Assembly (NCBI RefSeq): GCF_028368995.1
Contig: NZ_JAQNDL010000002.1
Span: forward strand, 1,120,001-1,184,000
DNA from: Nannocystis bainbridge
GTDB taxonomy: Bacteria > Myxococcota_A > Polyangia > Nannocystales > Nannocystaceae
DNA: 64,000 nucleotides
Reading direction: 5' to 3'
Shown: positions 38,593-48,508 of the stretch, in pieces
Layout: each line of letters starts with the position of its first letter
Position numbering within the stretch: position 1 is the first letter of the stretch
Translations under genes and position numbers: made by a program
The notes under the pieces: model-generated
What the model was told of the DNA's origin: nothing
The model's database searches: none
Seen by the model: the letters and a program-made list of their open reading frames with translations, nothing else

Positions 38593-39318
38593 AGCCGCCG
38601 TTTCGGCGAGAGAGCGCGTCGTGCGGGCGCGTAGAGGGTCATTCTGTCCCTGAGGACATGTGCGTCCGAGCCGCGATCGCACGTGCATCGTGACGGGTTG
38701 GAATTGCGAGCGGCGCTCTCGCAGCGCGAGTCGAGCTCGCTGGCGGAGTGCTCAGCCTCGTGGCGAGACGGGGCTGCGAGTGATGCTCTCGCTGCACGTC
38801 GGATCGAGTCCGACGGAGCGGCGCATCGAGGCGCGATCGAGCTCCCTGTGTCGTGCGACGAGCGAGCGAGCGATGGCCCGCGAGGATCCTCGCGGGTTGG
38901 GGTCGCAGGGATTGAGTGAGGGCTGGGACCCTCAAGACACGGCTGCGCGCGTACGCGCATCGCGGGGTGCCAGGGGTGCGGTCGACCGGACTCGCAAGTT
39001 GCGAGCGCCGCGGGCCGGCCCGCGAGGTGCGAGCGTAGGGCCGAGCGGGTAGGGCAGATCGCAAGTTGCGAGCGACCGCCCGCGGTGGCTGAAGGCCGCG
39101 GCTCCGCGGCTGCGCTCGTTGGCCGTGCTCGAGCGGGCGGCGAGGGCAGGGGGCGAGGGCAGGGGGCGCGGCGAGCGAGCGAGGTCTCCCTCGCAACTTG
39201 CGAGCGACGATCGAGACCCGGGCGCGCGTCACGGGCCCGGTCCGGCGAGGTCTCGCGGCTTGCGAGCGAGATCTGCAGAGCCTCGCTGCGAAGTGGGGCC
39301 GGTGGGAACTTGCAGCCG

Positions 39319-39388
39319 CGGCAAGTCGGCTCGGCGAGCCGACTTGCCGGCTAGCGATTCTCGGAAGTCGGCTCGGCGAGCCGACTTG
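39319..39388. repeat. Two tandem REP-like palindromes
   Basis: aagtcggctc-ggc-gagccgactt hairpin at 39323 and 39365. Confidence 0.8.
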
Positions 39389-40006
39389 CTGAGACACTGT
39401 CACGAGGACCCGCAGCGCGAGCCGGCCGCGCTCGTGGCGATTTTCGGAATCGCCGCTGATCGCCCGTTTGCTGGCTTATACGGGTGAATCGCTTGAAGCG
39501 ATCGGGCGACTGCGCGGCTGCGCGCGTCCGCTGCGCCTGGCTCGAAGGTCAGGCGTGGCTGCGAGATCTCGGCCGATGGAGATCTGCACGTCGAGCATAC
39601 GAGCGTGCAGCGCTCCGATCTCTTGAGTAGATCGACGCGGCGATCGGCCCTCGCGCCACGGCTGCGAGATCTCGCGTCTCCGTGGTGCTGCACCGGCTGA
39701 GGCTGATGCTTGCGCTTCGAGACTCGCGGCCGCGACAGCTGCTCGTACGGCGCGTGAACTGAATGCTTGGGCAGGGGGGTACTGAACGTTCTCGCAGAAT
39801 GCGAGGCGACCGAAACTTGCCGGTCTCGCGTGAAAGTGCTTCTAGTGATCTACTCAGTAGATTATATTGCGGACCCACAAGCCAACCTGATCGCGCCAAA
39901 GGAACTACACGGCTTGGATCGCTCCTCCGCTACCTTGTGAAGCCTCTCCGCCCGGGTTCTGCAGCCCACGCGCTCCCGACCGCGACTCTCTCCGCCGCAC
40001 GCCGCC

Positions 40007-40552
40007 ATGCCGACCTCGCTCACCGAAGCCCAGATCCGCGACATCGAAGTGACCAGCCCCGAGGGGCTGTCGTCGCAGCAGCTCGTCGCGGCCTTCGAGG
40101 ACGCCGACGTCAAGTTCAGCGAGGCCAACCTGCGCCGCTACGTGCAGCTCGGCCTCGTGCCGCGCTCGCGGCGAGTCGGCCACAAGGGCAAGCACCTCGG
40201 CTCGCACGGCGTGTACCCGATCCGCGCGGTGCGGCGCATCAACACCATCAAGAAGCTGATGGCGGAGCGCTACACGATCGAGGAGATCCAGGCCAAGTTC
40301 CTCACCTTCAAGGACAGCATCGAGATCCTCGACGAGGCGCTCGAGGAGCTGCTGTCCGCCTTCGCCGCGAAGATCGACGCCGAGGATCCGTCGCCGCGGC
40401 GCGAGAGCCTCTACGGCGAGCTCCGCTCGCTCCGCTCGGCCGCTGACTCGCTGCTGTCCGGCGTCTACCGCCTCGAGAAGCTGCTCATCGCCGGCGGCGG
40501 CGCTGTCCGTCCGCGGGGCGGTGGGGCCGCGAGTCCGACTGAACTTCTGTGA
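40007..40552 (+). CDS. MerR-like HTH transcriptional regulator
   Basis: [15 protein letters not shown]...GVY...RRINTIKKL...YTIEEI. Confidence 0.75.
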   Translation: MPTSLTEAQIRDIEVTSPEGLSSQQLVAAFEDADVKFSEANLRRYVQLGLVPRSRRVGHKGKHLGSHGVYPIRAVRRINTIKKLMAERYTIEEIQAKFLTFKDSIEILDEALEELLSAFAAKIDAEDPSPRRESLYGELRSLRSAADSLLSGVYRLEKLLIAGGGAVRPRGGGAASPTELL

Positions 40553-40553
40553 C

Positions 40554-40595
40554 TGTCCTTTTAGACCTGTCCTTTTAGACCTGTTCGTTCGTTCC
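40554..40595. repeat. 14-bp palindrome-family array upstream of the sigma4-like gene
   Basis: tgtcc-tttt-agacc x2, then tgttc-gttc-gttcc. Confidence 0.75.
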
Positions 40596-40655
40596 GCTCA
40601 CCTCCGCGCATTGGGTATACCGGCGCCGCTTCGCGCGCGCCGCCAGGGGATCATC

Positions 40656-41231
40656 ATGTTGAAGCACGACTCTTTCGCCACCGGCAGCGACCTCGATCGC
40701 GACAGCGACCTCGACGAGGTCCGCGACCACGACACCGACCAAGAAGTCGCGAGCGACGCCGGCGAAGAAGCCGGCGACGCTGACGCCGGCGACGATGGCG
40801 ACGGCCCGCCGCCGATCGTGCGGCGCGCCCGCGCCAAGACGATCGCGATGAAGCGGCTCACCAAAGAAGAGCTGCGGATCGGCGCGCTGCTGTACCCCGA
40901 GCGCAGCTATTGGCGGCCCAAGGCCCGCGGCGAGTGTGCCAACGTGTCCCGCCCGTGCCCGTACGTGAGCTGCAAGCATCACCTCTACATCGACGTGAAC
41001 CCGGCGACCGGCAGTATCAAGATCAACTTCCCCGACCTCGAGGTGTGGGAGCTACAGCACTCGTGCGCCCTCGACGTCGCCCAGACCGGCGGGATCACGC
41101 TGGAAGAGGTCGGTGAGATCCTCAACCTGACGCGCGAGCGCATCCGTCAGGTCGAGGTCCGCGGCCTGCTCAAGCTGAAGGAAGCGGGCGGCGAGGATCT
41201 CCTGTCGTATCTGGCCCGCGAAGAGGGTTGA
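40656..41231 (+). CDS. Cys-rich protein with a sigma-70 region-4-like HTH
   Basis: [12 protein letters not shown]...SCALDVA; [21 protein letters not shown]; no sigma region 2. Confidence 0.8.
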   Translation: MLKHDSFATGSDLDRDSDLDEVRDHDTDQEVASDAGEEAGDADAGDDGDGPPPIVRRARAKTIAMKRLTKEELRIGALLYPERSYWRPKARGECANVSRPCPYVSCKHHLYIDVNPATGSIKINFPDLEVWELQHSCALDVAQTGGITLEEVGEILNLTRERIRQVEVRGLLKLKEAGGEDLLSYLAREEG

Positions 41232-41265
41232 CCGGGCCGCCGCGCGGGTGGTACCGCGGGCGCGC

Positions 41266-42873
41266 ATGACCGCGCCCACGCCGATCCGTCGCGCCCTCGT
41301 CAGCGTCAGCGACAAGACCCACCTCGAGGTCCTGGCGCAGATCCTCATCGACGCCCAGGTCGAGGTGCTGTCGACCGGAGGCACGTTCAAGTCGCTCGAA
41401 GCGCTCGGCGTCGCGGTCGTCAAGGTGAGCGAGTACACCGGTGCGCCCGAGATCCTCGGCGGGCGCGTCAAGACGCTGCACCCGAAGATCCACGGCGGCA
41501 TCCTGGCCCTGCCGACGCCGGCGCACGAGGCCGAGCTGCGGCTCCATGGCATCGCCCCGATCGACCTCGTGGTCGTCAACCTCTATCCGTTCCGCCAGGT
41601 GGTGGCGAAGCCCGGCAGCAGCTTCGAGGACGCGGTCGAGAACATCGACATCGGCGGCCCGGCGATGGTGCGCGCGGCGGCCAAGAACTGGCAGCGGGTG
41701 GCGGTGATCGTCGACCCGGCCGACTACGCGCGCGTCGGCGCGGCGCTGCGCGAGCACGGCGGCGCGCTGCCCGAGAGCCTGCGGCGGTCGCTGATGCGCA
41801 AGGCCTACGCGCACACGGCCGCCTACGACGCGGCGATCGCCGGCTACCTGGCGCGCTTCGACGACGGCGGCCTGTCCCTCGAGACAGATGCGCTGCCCGA
41901 GCAGCTGCTCGTCGCCGGCGCCGCCCAGGGCGAGCTGCGCTACGGCGAGAACCCGCACCAGCCGGCCCGCTTCTACGCCACCGAGCAGGCGGCCGGCGAG
42001 CCGGCGGGGCTCCACCGAGCCGTCCAGCACCAGGGCAAGGCGCTCTCGTACAACAACCTGCTCGACGCCGACGCGGCGCTCGGCCTGTGCCGCGACCTCA
42101 GCCGCCTGGGCCCGGCGGCGGCCGTCATCAAGCACGTGTCGCCCTGCGGCGCGGCGATCGCCCGCGGCGACGAGACGCTGGCCGACGTGTACGTGCGCGC
42201 CCGCGAGGCCGACGCCGAGAGCGCCTTCGGCGGGATCGTGGCGCTGTCCGGCCCGGTCGATCGCGCCGTCGCCGAGCGCCTGGCCGAGACCTTCCTCGAG
42301 GTCGTGATCGCGCCGTCGTTCACCCCCGAGGCGCTGGCGCTGCTGGCCGCCAAGAAGAACCTGCGCCTGCTCAGCCTCGAGGACATGTTCGTCGGGACAG
42401 GTCCCGAGAGCCAGCCGGCGCTGCGCCTGCGCTCGATCGCCGGCGGCCTGCTGGCCCAGCGCGAGGACGCGGTGTCGGTCGCGGCGGCGCAGGGCCGGGT
42501 GACGACCCGCCGCGCGCCGACGGCCGCGGAGCTGCGGGACCTCGAGCTGGCGCAGATCGTCGGCAAGGCGGTCCGCTCCAACGCGATCGTGCTGTGCAAG
42601 GACGGCGCGACGGTCGGCATCGGCGGCGGGCAGACCTCGCGCGTCGAGGCGGCCAGGCAAGCGACGGCCCGCGCGGGGGCGCGCGCGCAGGGGGCGGTGC
42701 TCGCCTCCGACGCGTTCTTCCCGTTCCGCGACGGGGTCGACGCGGCGGCCGCGGCCGGGGTCACGGCGATCGTCCAGCCCGGCGGCTCGGTCCGCGACGA
42801 GGAGGTCGTGACCGCGGCCGACGAGCACGGCGTGGCGATGGTGTTCACCGGTCAGCGGCACTTCCGGCACTGA
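41266..42873 (+). CDS. purH: Bifunctional AICAR transformylase/IMP cyclohydrolase
   Basis: [44 protein letters not shown]. Confidence 0.97.
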   Translation: MTAPTPIRRALVSVSDKTHLEVLAQILIDAQVEVLSTGGTFKSLEALGVAVVKVSEYTGAPEILGGRVKTLHPKIHGGILALPTPAHEAELRLHGIAPIDLVVVNLYPFRQVVAKPGSSFEDAVENIDIGGPAMVRAAAKNWQRVAVIVDPADYARVGAALREHGGALPESLRRSLMRKAYAHTAAYDAAIAGYLARFDDGGLSLETDALPEQLLVAGAAQGELRYGENPHQPARFYATEQAAGEPAGLHRAVQHQGKALSYNNLLDADAALGLCRDLSRLGPAAAVIKHVSPCGAAIARGDETLADVYVRAREADAESAFGGIVALSGPVDRAVAERLAETFLEVVIAPSFTPEALALLAAKKNLRLLSLEDMFVGTGPESQPALRLRSIAGGLLAQREDAVSVAAAQGRVTTRRAPTAAELRDLELAQIVGKAVRSNAIVLCKDGATVGIGGGQTSRVEAARQATARAGARAQGAVLASDAFFPFRDGVDAAAAAGVTAIVQPGGSVRDEEVVTAADEHGVAMVFTGQRHFRH

Positions 42874-42882
42874 GGCCGCGAC

Positions 42883-42938
42883 TATCTCTCCAAACAGGTC
42901 CGAAAGGACAGGTGCGATCGTGCATGTCCCGAAGAGCA
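42883..42938. repeat. 4-unit 14-bp array spanning the purD RBS/start
   Basis: tatct-ctcc-aaaca, ggtcc-gaaa-ggaca, ggtgc-gatc-gtgca, tgtcc-cgaa-gagca. Confidence 0.75.
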
Positions 42939-44212
42939 GCTTGAAGGTCCTGATCGTCGGCGGCGGCGGCCGCGAGCACGCGCTGGCGTGGCGCTGCCGG
43001 ATCGAGGGCCATGAGGCCCACGCCGCGCCGGGCAGCGACGGCATCGCCGAGGACGCGACCTGCCACGCCGTCGGCGTCGGCGACCTCGCCGGCCTGGTCG
43101 CGCTGGCCGACGCGCTGGGCCCGGACCTGGTGATCGTCGGGCCCGAGCAGCCGCTGGTCGACGGGCTGGCCGACCGCCTGCGCGCGGCCGGACACGCGGT
43201 GTTCGGGCCGTCGGCGGCGGCCGCGGAGCTCGAGGGCAGCAAGGCGGTGGCCAAGGCGTTCATGGCCCGCCACGCGATCCCGACGGCCAAGCACGTCACG
43301 GCCACCAGGCTCGACGAGGCGCTGGCGGCGGTGCGATCGTTCGCCAGCCCGCCGGTGATCAAGGCCAGCGGCCTGGCGGCGGGCAAGGGCGTGGTCGTGC
43401 CCGAGAGCTTCGAGGAGGCGGAGCTGGCCGTTCGTTCCTGTCTCGAAGGACATGTCTTCGGCGACGCCGGGGCGACGGTGGTGCTCGAGGAGCGGCTGCA
43501 CGGCGAGGAGGCGTCGCTGTTCGTGCTGACCGACGGCGAGCGCTGGAGCCTCCTGCCGCCGGCGCAGGACCACAAGCGCCTGCGCGACGGCGACCAGGGG
43601 CCGAACACGGGCGGGATGGGCGCTTACTGCCCGGCGCCGGTGTGCGACGCGGCGGTGCTGCGGCGGGCGGAGCAGGAGATCGTGGCGCCGACGCTGGCCG
43701 GGCTGCGCGCGGAGGGACGGACGTTCGTCGGCGTGCTGTTCGTCGGCCTGATGATCGCGCCGGACGGCACTCCGAAGGTGATCGAGTACAACTGCCGCTT
43801 CGGCGATCCGGAGGCGCAGCCGGTGCTGTTCGGGCTGCAGACGCCGATCGTCGCCGACCTGCTGGCGGCCGCCCGCGGCGAGTTGACGCCGCGGACCTAC
43901 GCGGCCGCACCGGCCGCCAGCGTGGTGGTCGCCGCGGCGAACTATCCCGGCGAGACCCGGCCGGGCGCGGCGCTCCGCGGGCTCGAGGCCGCCGCAGGGC
44001 TCGCCGACGTCAAGGTGTTCCACGCCGGCACGCGTCGCGGCGCGCACGGCTGGGAGACCCGCGGCGGGCGGGTGCTGGGGGTCTGCGCTCGCGGCGACGA
44101 TCTGCGGGCGGCCATCGAGCGCGCCTACGCGGCGCTGGCCGCCATCGAGGTCGAGGGCGGCCAGTACCGCCGTGATATCGGCGTGCGAGCGCTCACCCGT
44201 CGCGGCGATTGA
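42920..44212 (+). CDS. purD: Phosphoribosylamine-glycine ligase
   Basis: [51 protein letters not shown]. Confidence 0.96.
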   Translation: MHVPKSSLKVLIVGGGGREHALAWRCRIEGHEAHAAPGSDGIAEDATCHAVGVGDLAGLVALADALGPDLVIVGPEQPLVDGLADRLRAAGHAVFGPSAAAAELEGSKAVAKAFMARHAIPTAKHVTATRLDEALAAVRSFASPPVIKASGLAAGKGVVVPESFEEAELAVRSCLEGHVFGDAGATVVLEERLHGEEASLFVLTDGERWSLLPPAQDHKRLRDGDQGPNTGGMGAYCPAPVCDAAVLRRAEQEIVAPTLAGLRAEGRTFVGVLFVGLMIAPDGTPKVIEYNCRFGDPEAQPVLFGLQTPIVADLLAAARGELTPRTYAAAPAASVVVAAANYPGETRPGAALRGLEAAAGLADVKVFHAGTRRGAHGWETRGGRVLGVCARGDDLRAAIERAYAALAAIEVEGGQYRRDIGVRALTRRGD

Positions 44213-44279
44213 GGCGGGCCCGTCCGCGCGGGCAGGGGTCGGCCACGCCGCGCGGAGGAAGCGTGGTATACGCCCGGCA

Positions 44280-45575
44280 ATGGCACACGTCCGCCCGCTC
44301 CGCGGCTTCCGTTACGACCTCCCCCGCCTCGGCGACGCCGGTCTTCTGCTCGCGCCCCCGTACGACGTCGTCGACGCAGCCGGCCGGACCCGGATCGGCG
44401 CACGCTCGCCACACAACTGCATCCACACGATCCTGCCCGAAGGGGAAGGGGACGCGAAGTACGCCGAGGGCGCGCGGCAGTTCGCGGCGCTCGAGGCCGA
44501 GGCGCTGGTGCGCGACGCCAGCCCGAGCTTCTACGTGTACCACCAGACGTTCACGTCCGAGGGTCAGCAGTACACCCGCAAGGGCTTCATCGGCCTGATC
44601 GAGCTGACCCGCTTCGGCGCCGGCCCGGTGCTCGCGCACGAGCGCACGCTCTCGGGCCCGAAGGCCGACCGCCTCAAGTTGATGCGCGCGTGCGAGGCCC
44701 ACCTCGAGCTGGTGTTCGGCATGTTCTCCGATCCAGGTCGCGCGTGGGAGGCCGCGACCACGCGGGCGCTCGGCGACGCGGTGCTCGAGTGCGATTTCGA
44801 CGGCACCCACCACACGCTCTATCGCGTCGACGATCCGGCGGCCACCGCCGCGCTCAGCTCCGTCCTCGAGGACAAGCAGATCTACATCGCCGACGGTCAC
44901 CATCGCTATGAGACGATGTGCAGCTTCCGCGACGAGCTCGCGGCCGCGGGCAAGGGCGAGGTGGCGCGCTGGGGCCTCATCTTCCTGTCGAACCTCGACG
45001 ACCCGGGCCTCGTCGTGCTGCCGACGCACCGCCTGATCCACAGCGTGCCCGGGCTCGACCTCGCGGCCGCGCTGGCGCAGGTCGAGCCGTTCTTCACCAT
45101 CACCCGCGAGCCGCTGCCCGCCAGCGGCCCGGCCGTGCGCGCGCGCCTGGCCGAGGCGGGGGCCCAGGGCGCGGCGTTTGGGCTGGCGGCGCCGGCCAGC
45201 GGCGAGCTGGTGGTGCTGTCGCTGCGGCCCGACTTCGACCCCGCGGTGGCCGGCCTGCAGCACCTGGCGCCGGCGCTGCAGCGCCTCGACGTCGCGCTGC
45301 TGCACGAGCTCATCCTCGACCGCGGGTTCGGCGTCACGCGCGAGGCCCAGGCGCAGAACACCAACATCCGCTACTACAAGTCGACCGACGAGGCGCTGGC
45401 GGTGGCGCGTGACGGCGGCGGCGACGTGCAGCTGGTGTGCTTCATGAACCCGACCCCGGTCCGCGACGTGCGGGCGGTGTGCGACAGCGGCGAAGTGATG
45501 CCGCAGAAGAGCACCTTCTTCTATCCGAAGATCCCGACCGGCCTGGTGTTCCACGATCTCAAGGCGGGCCTTTGA
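44280..45575 (+). CDS. DUF1015 family protein
   Basis: PPYDV, HERTL, YIADGHHRYET, MPQKSTFFYPK. Confidence 0.88.
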   Translation: MAHVRPLRGFRYDLPRLGDAGLLLAPPYDVVDAAGRTRIGARSPHNCIHTILPEGEGDAKYAEGARQFAALEAEALVRDASPSFYVYHQTFTSEGQQYTRKGFIGLIELTRFGAGPVLAHERTLSGPKADRLKLMRACEAHLELVFGMFSDPGRAWEAATTRALGDAVLECDFDGTHHTLYRVDDPAATAALSSVLEDKQIYIADGHHRYETMCSFRDELAAAGKGEVARWGLIFLSNLDDPGLVVLPTHRLIHSVPGLDLAAALAQVEPFFTITREPLPASGPAVRARLAEAGAQGAAFGLAAPASGELVVLSLRPDFDPAVAGLQHLAPALQRLDVALLHELILDRGFGVTREAQAQNTNIRYYKSTDEALAVARDGGGDVQLVCFMNPTPVRDVRAVCDSGEVMPQKSTFFYPKIPTGLVFHDLKAGL

Positions 45576-46822
45576 GCGCAGGGCTGCCCGAGGGCGCCCT
45601 CGCGGTGCTGCCGCGCGGCGCCCGTGACCTGCTGCCCGGCGCCGCCCGGCGCCGGCGCGCGCTGACCGAGGCGCTGCTGGCCGGGTTCGACCGCTGGGGC
45701 TATGACCCGGTGGTGACGCCGGCGATCGAGTACTTCGCGGTGTTCGGCCGCTGGCTGGCCGAGCGCGAGCGGCAGCGCTGCGTCCGCTTCATCGAGGCCG
45801 GCTCGGGCGAACTCGTGACGCTGCGCTCCGACATCACGCCGCAGATCGCCCGCCTCGCCGAGCAGCAGCTGCGCGAGCGGCTGGCGGCCGGCGAGGCGGT
45901 GCGCCTGTGCTACGCGGCCGACGTCGTCCGCCTGTCCGAAGGGACACGTGAGCAGGCCGAGCGCCACCAGGTCGGGGTCGAGCTGCTCGGCGACGACGCG
46001 CCCGAGGCCGACGCCGAGCTGATCCTGCTGGCCGACGAGGCGCTGCGGGCCGCAGGCGTGACGGCGGCCACGATCGAGGTCGCCGACGTCGGCATCGCCC
46101 GCGGGGTGTTCGAGCGCCTGCCGAGCTGCGACGTGGAAGCGCTGCACGGGCTGCTGGCGCGCAAGGACGCCGGCGGAGTGGCGCGCTTCGCCGCCGGGCT
46201 GGCGCTGGGCGAGGCGCCGCGGCGCTGGCTCGGGCTGCTCTGTGAGCTGTTCGGAGCGCCAGGTATTTTGGGACATGTCCCCGCGGACATCCGCGCGCGC
46301 TGGCCGTGGCTGGCCGAGCGGCTGGCGCGGCTCGAGGCGACGCTCGCGGTGGTGGAGGCGCGCGCGCCGGAGCTGCACGCGCGCCTCGTGGTCGACCTCG
46401 GCGAGGTGCGCGGCTTCGACTACTACACCGGGCTGCGGCTGCGCGCCTGGGCTCCGGGCTCGGCGCGGCCGCTGGTGGTCGGCGGGCGCTACGCCGGCGG
46501 GGCGGGCTTCGCGGTCGAGCTCGACGCGCTCGAGGCCTCGCTCGACGCCGATGCGGTGACCACGGCGACCCGGGCGGGCGGGGTGATGATCGCGATCCAG
46601 AGTCGAGAGCCGCGGGCGCGAGCGCTGGCGGCGGGGCGCGCGGGGGTCGAACGGGCCGCCGGGCGGCGCGCATGGGTCCAGGTGGGGCTGTCCCTCGAGA
46701 CAGCTCAGGCCGCGGCCGCGGAGGCGGACGCGCTGGTGTACTTCGGCGCCGACGAGCGGGCCGAGATCTGGTCGCAAAGACAGCCGGGCGCGTGGCGCCG
46801 GGCGGAGGAGAGCGGAGCATGA
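45572..46822 (+). CDS. hisZ: ATP phosphoribosyltransferase regulatory subunit
   Basis: LPRGARDLL, TLRSDITPQIAR, QVGVEL, FDYYTG, GGRY; upstream of purA; TTG start overlapping the previous stop. Confidence 0.8.
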   Translation: MSAGLPEGALAVLPRGARDLLPGAARRRRALTEALLAGFDRWGYDPVVTPAIEYFAVFGRWLAERERQRCVRFIEAGSGELVTLRSDITPQIARLAEQQLRERLAAGEAVRLCYAADVVRLSEGTREQAERHQVGVELLGDDAPEADAELILLADEALRAAGVTAATIEVADVGIARGVFERLPSCDVEALHGLLARKDAGGVARFAAGLALGEAPRRWLGLLCELFGAPGILGHVPADIRARWPWLAERLARLEATLAVVEARAPELHARLVVDLGEVRGFDYYTGLRLRAWAPGSARPLVVGGRYAGGAGFAVELDALEASLDADAVTTATRAGGVMIAIQSREPRARALAAGRAGVERAAGRRAWVQVGLSLETAQAAAAEADALVYFGADERAEIWSQRQPGAWRRAEESGA

Positions 46823-48102
46823 CGACGCTGATCGTGGTCGGCGCTCAGTGGGGCGACGAAGGCAAGGGCAAGGTGGTCGACTACCTGGCCAGCCAGGCGC
46901 AGCTGGTGGCGCGCTACGCCGGGGGCAACAACGCCGGGCACACGCTCGTGATCGGCGGGCGCAAGCTGGTGACGCACCTGGTGCCGTCGGGCTGCGCGTA
47001 TCCGGGGACGCCGTGCGTGCTCGGTGCGGGGATGGTGATCGACGTCGAGGTGTTCCGCGCCGAGGTCGAGGAGCTGCAGTCGGCCGGGATGCTGCAAGGC
47101 GACGAGCTCCGGGTGTCGCGCGACGCCCACGTGATCTTCCCGCATCATCGGCTGCTCGACGGGCTGCGCGAGGATAGGGCCCAGGCGGCCAAGATCGGCA
47201 CGACGCGCCGTGGCATCGGCCCGGCGTACGAGGCCAAGGCGGGGCGCCGCGGGGTGCGGGTGCGCGACCTGTTCCGCCCCGAGCGGCTGCGAGCCCGGCT
47301 CGAGCTGGCGAAGGAGGTCGTCGACGCCGAGATCGCCCGCCTGGGATCCAGCGAACGGGTCGACGTCGCGGCGGAGCTGGCCCGCGCCGAGGCGTGGTCG
47401 GCGTGGCTGGCCGACAAGGTGTGCGACGCCGGCGAGCTGGTCGACACGGCCATCCGCGCCGGCAAGCGCGTGCTCTTCGAGGGCGCGCAGGGGGCCCTCC
47501 TCGATCTCGATCACGGCACGTATCCGTTCGTCACCTCGTCGACGACGCTGGCGGGCGGCGTGTGCTCGGGCATCGGCGTCGGTCCGACGGCGATCGACGG
47601 GGTCTGGGGCATCAGCAAGGCCTACGCCACGCGCGTCGGCTCCGGCCCGTTCCCGTCCAAGCTCGAGGGGGCGCTCGGCGATCAGCTGCGCCGCGCCGGC
47701 GACGAGTTCGGCGCGACCACGGGCCGCCCGCGCGACTGCGGCTGGCTCGACCTGCCGGCGCTGCGCTACGCGGCCCGCCTCAACGGCCTCACCGGCCTGT
47801 GCATCACCAAGCTCGACGTGCTCGCGGCGCTGCCCGAAGTCCACGTCTGCCGCGCCTACGCCGACGGGGCGATGCCCGGCGACGTCGAGCTCGACGAGGT
47901 CGTGCCCGTGCTCAGCCCGGCGCCGGGCTGGGGCGATCCCTCGCTGCACGGACAAATCTTGGCCGCGCGCCGCCTCGAAGATCTCCCTGCCGCCGTGCGC
48001 GCCTACCTCGACCTGATCGCAGACGAGGTCGGCGTCCCCATCACCCTGGTCTCGCTCGGTCCCGATCGAGAGCAGACCATTCTGCTGCGGGACCCGTTTT
48101 GA
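46819..48102 (+). CDS. purA: Adenylosuccinate synthetase
   Basis: GAQWGDEGKGK, GGNNAGHT, EGAQG..LD.DHGTYPFVTSS, GATTGRPR, TKLDVL. Confidence 0.97.
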   Translation: MTTLIVVGAQWGDEGKGKVVDYLASQAQLVARYAGGNNAGHTLVIGGRKLVTHLVPSGCAYPGTPCVLGAGMVIDVEVFRAEVEELQSAGMLQGDELRVSRDAHVIFPHHRLLDGLREDRAQAAKIGTTRRGIGPAYEAKAGRRGVRVRDLFRPERLRARLELAKEVVDAEIARLGSSERVDVAAELARAEAWSAWLADKVCDAGELVDTAIRAGKRVLFEGAQGALLDLDHGTYPFVTSSTTLAGGVCSGIGVGPTAIDGVWGISKAYATRVGSGPFPSKLEGALGDQLRRAGDEFGATTGRPRDCGWLDLPALRYAARLNGLTGLCITKLDVLAALPEVHVCRAYADGAMPGDVELDEVVPVLSPAPGWGDPSLHGQILAARRLEDLPAAVRAYLDLIADEVGVPITLVSLGPDREQTILLRDPF

Positions 48103-48508
48103 GCCCGTTGCCCGTGATCCCCCGTCACGACCCTGCAGCGCGCCAGCCCTTCTTCGGGCCCGCAACGCCGCGGCGTGACGACTCGAAGGTCGCGCCGGCA
48201 CCGCAACTGCCTCGCGCTCGCTCCATGAACGGGCGCCGGCGCAGCGCATTTGACGCGGGTGGCGTGCAAACCCGCGCTGACGGCCGTTGCGGGGCTACTG
48301 GGCAGATGTCCGGTGGCGTGGGTCCGAGCTCGCGTCGGCCCTTTACCGGCTCGCGGCGGCTCCAGGCGACGCCTGCTGCGGCCGTCGGCTGTTTTCTCCG
48401 TCTGGTTGTACCTACCAGCCGCATTTCCTATACTGGCGCCCTCGCGGACGTTGTCAGTTCTGCAGGACGCCGTCGCGCCTTGGCGAGCGACTCCCAGGAA
48501 TCACGCTC

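Noticed and set aside
45572-48102. hisZ placed among purine genes
   Set aside because: The hisZ-purA linkage is a known common arrangement
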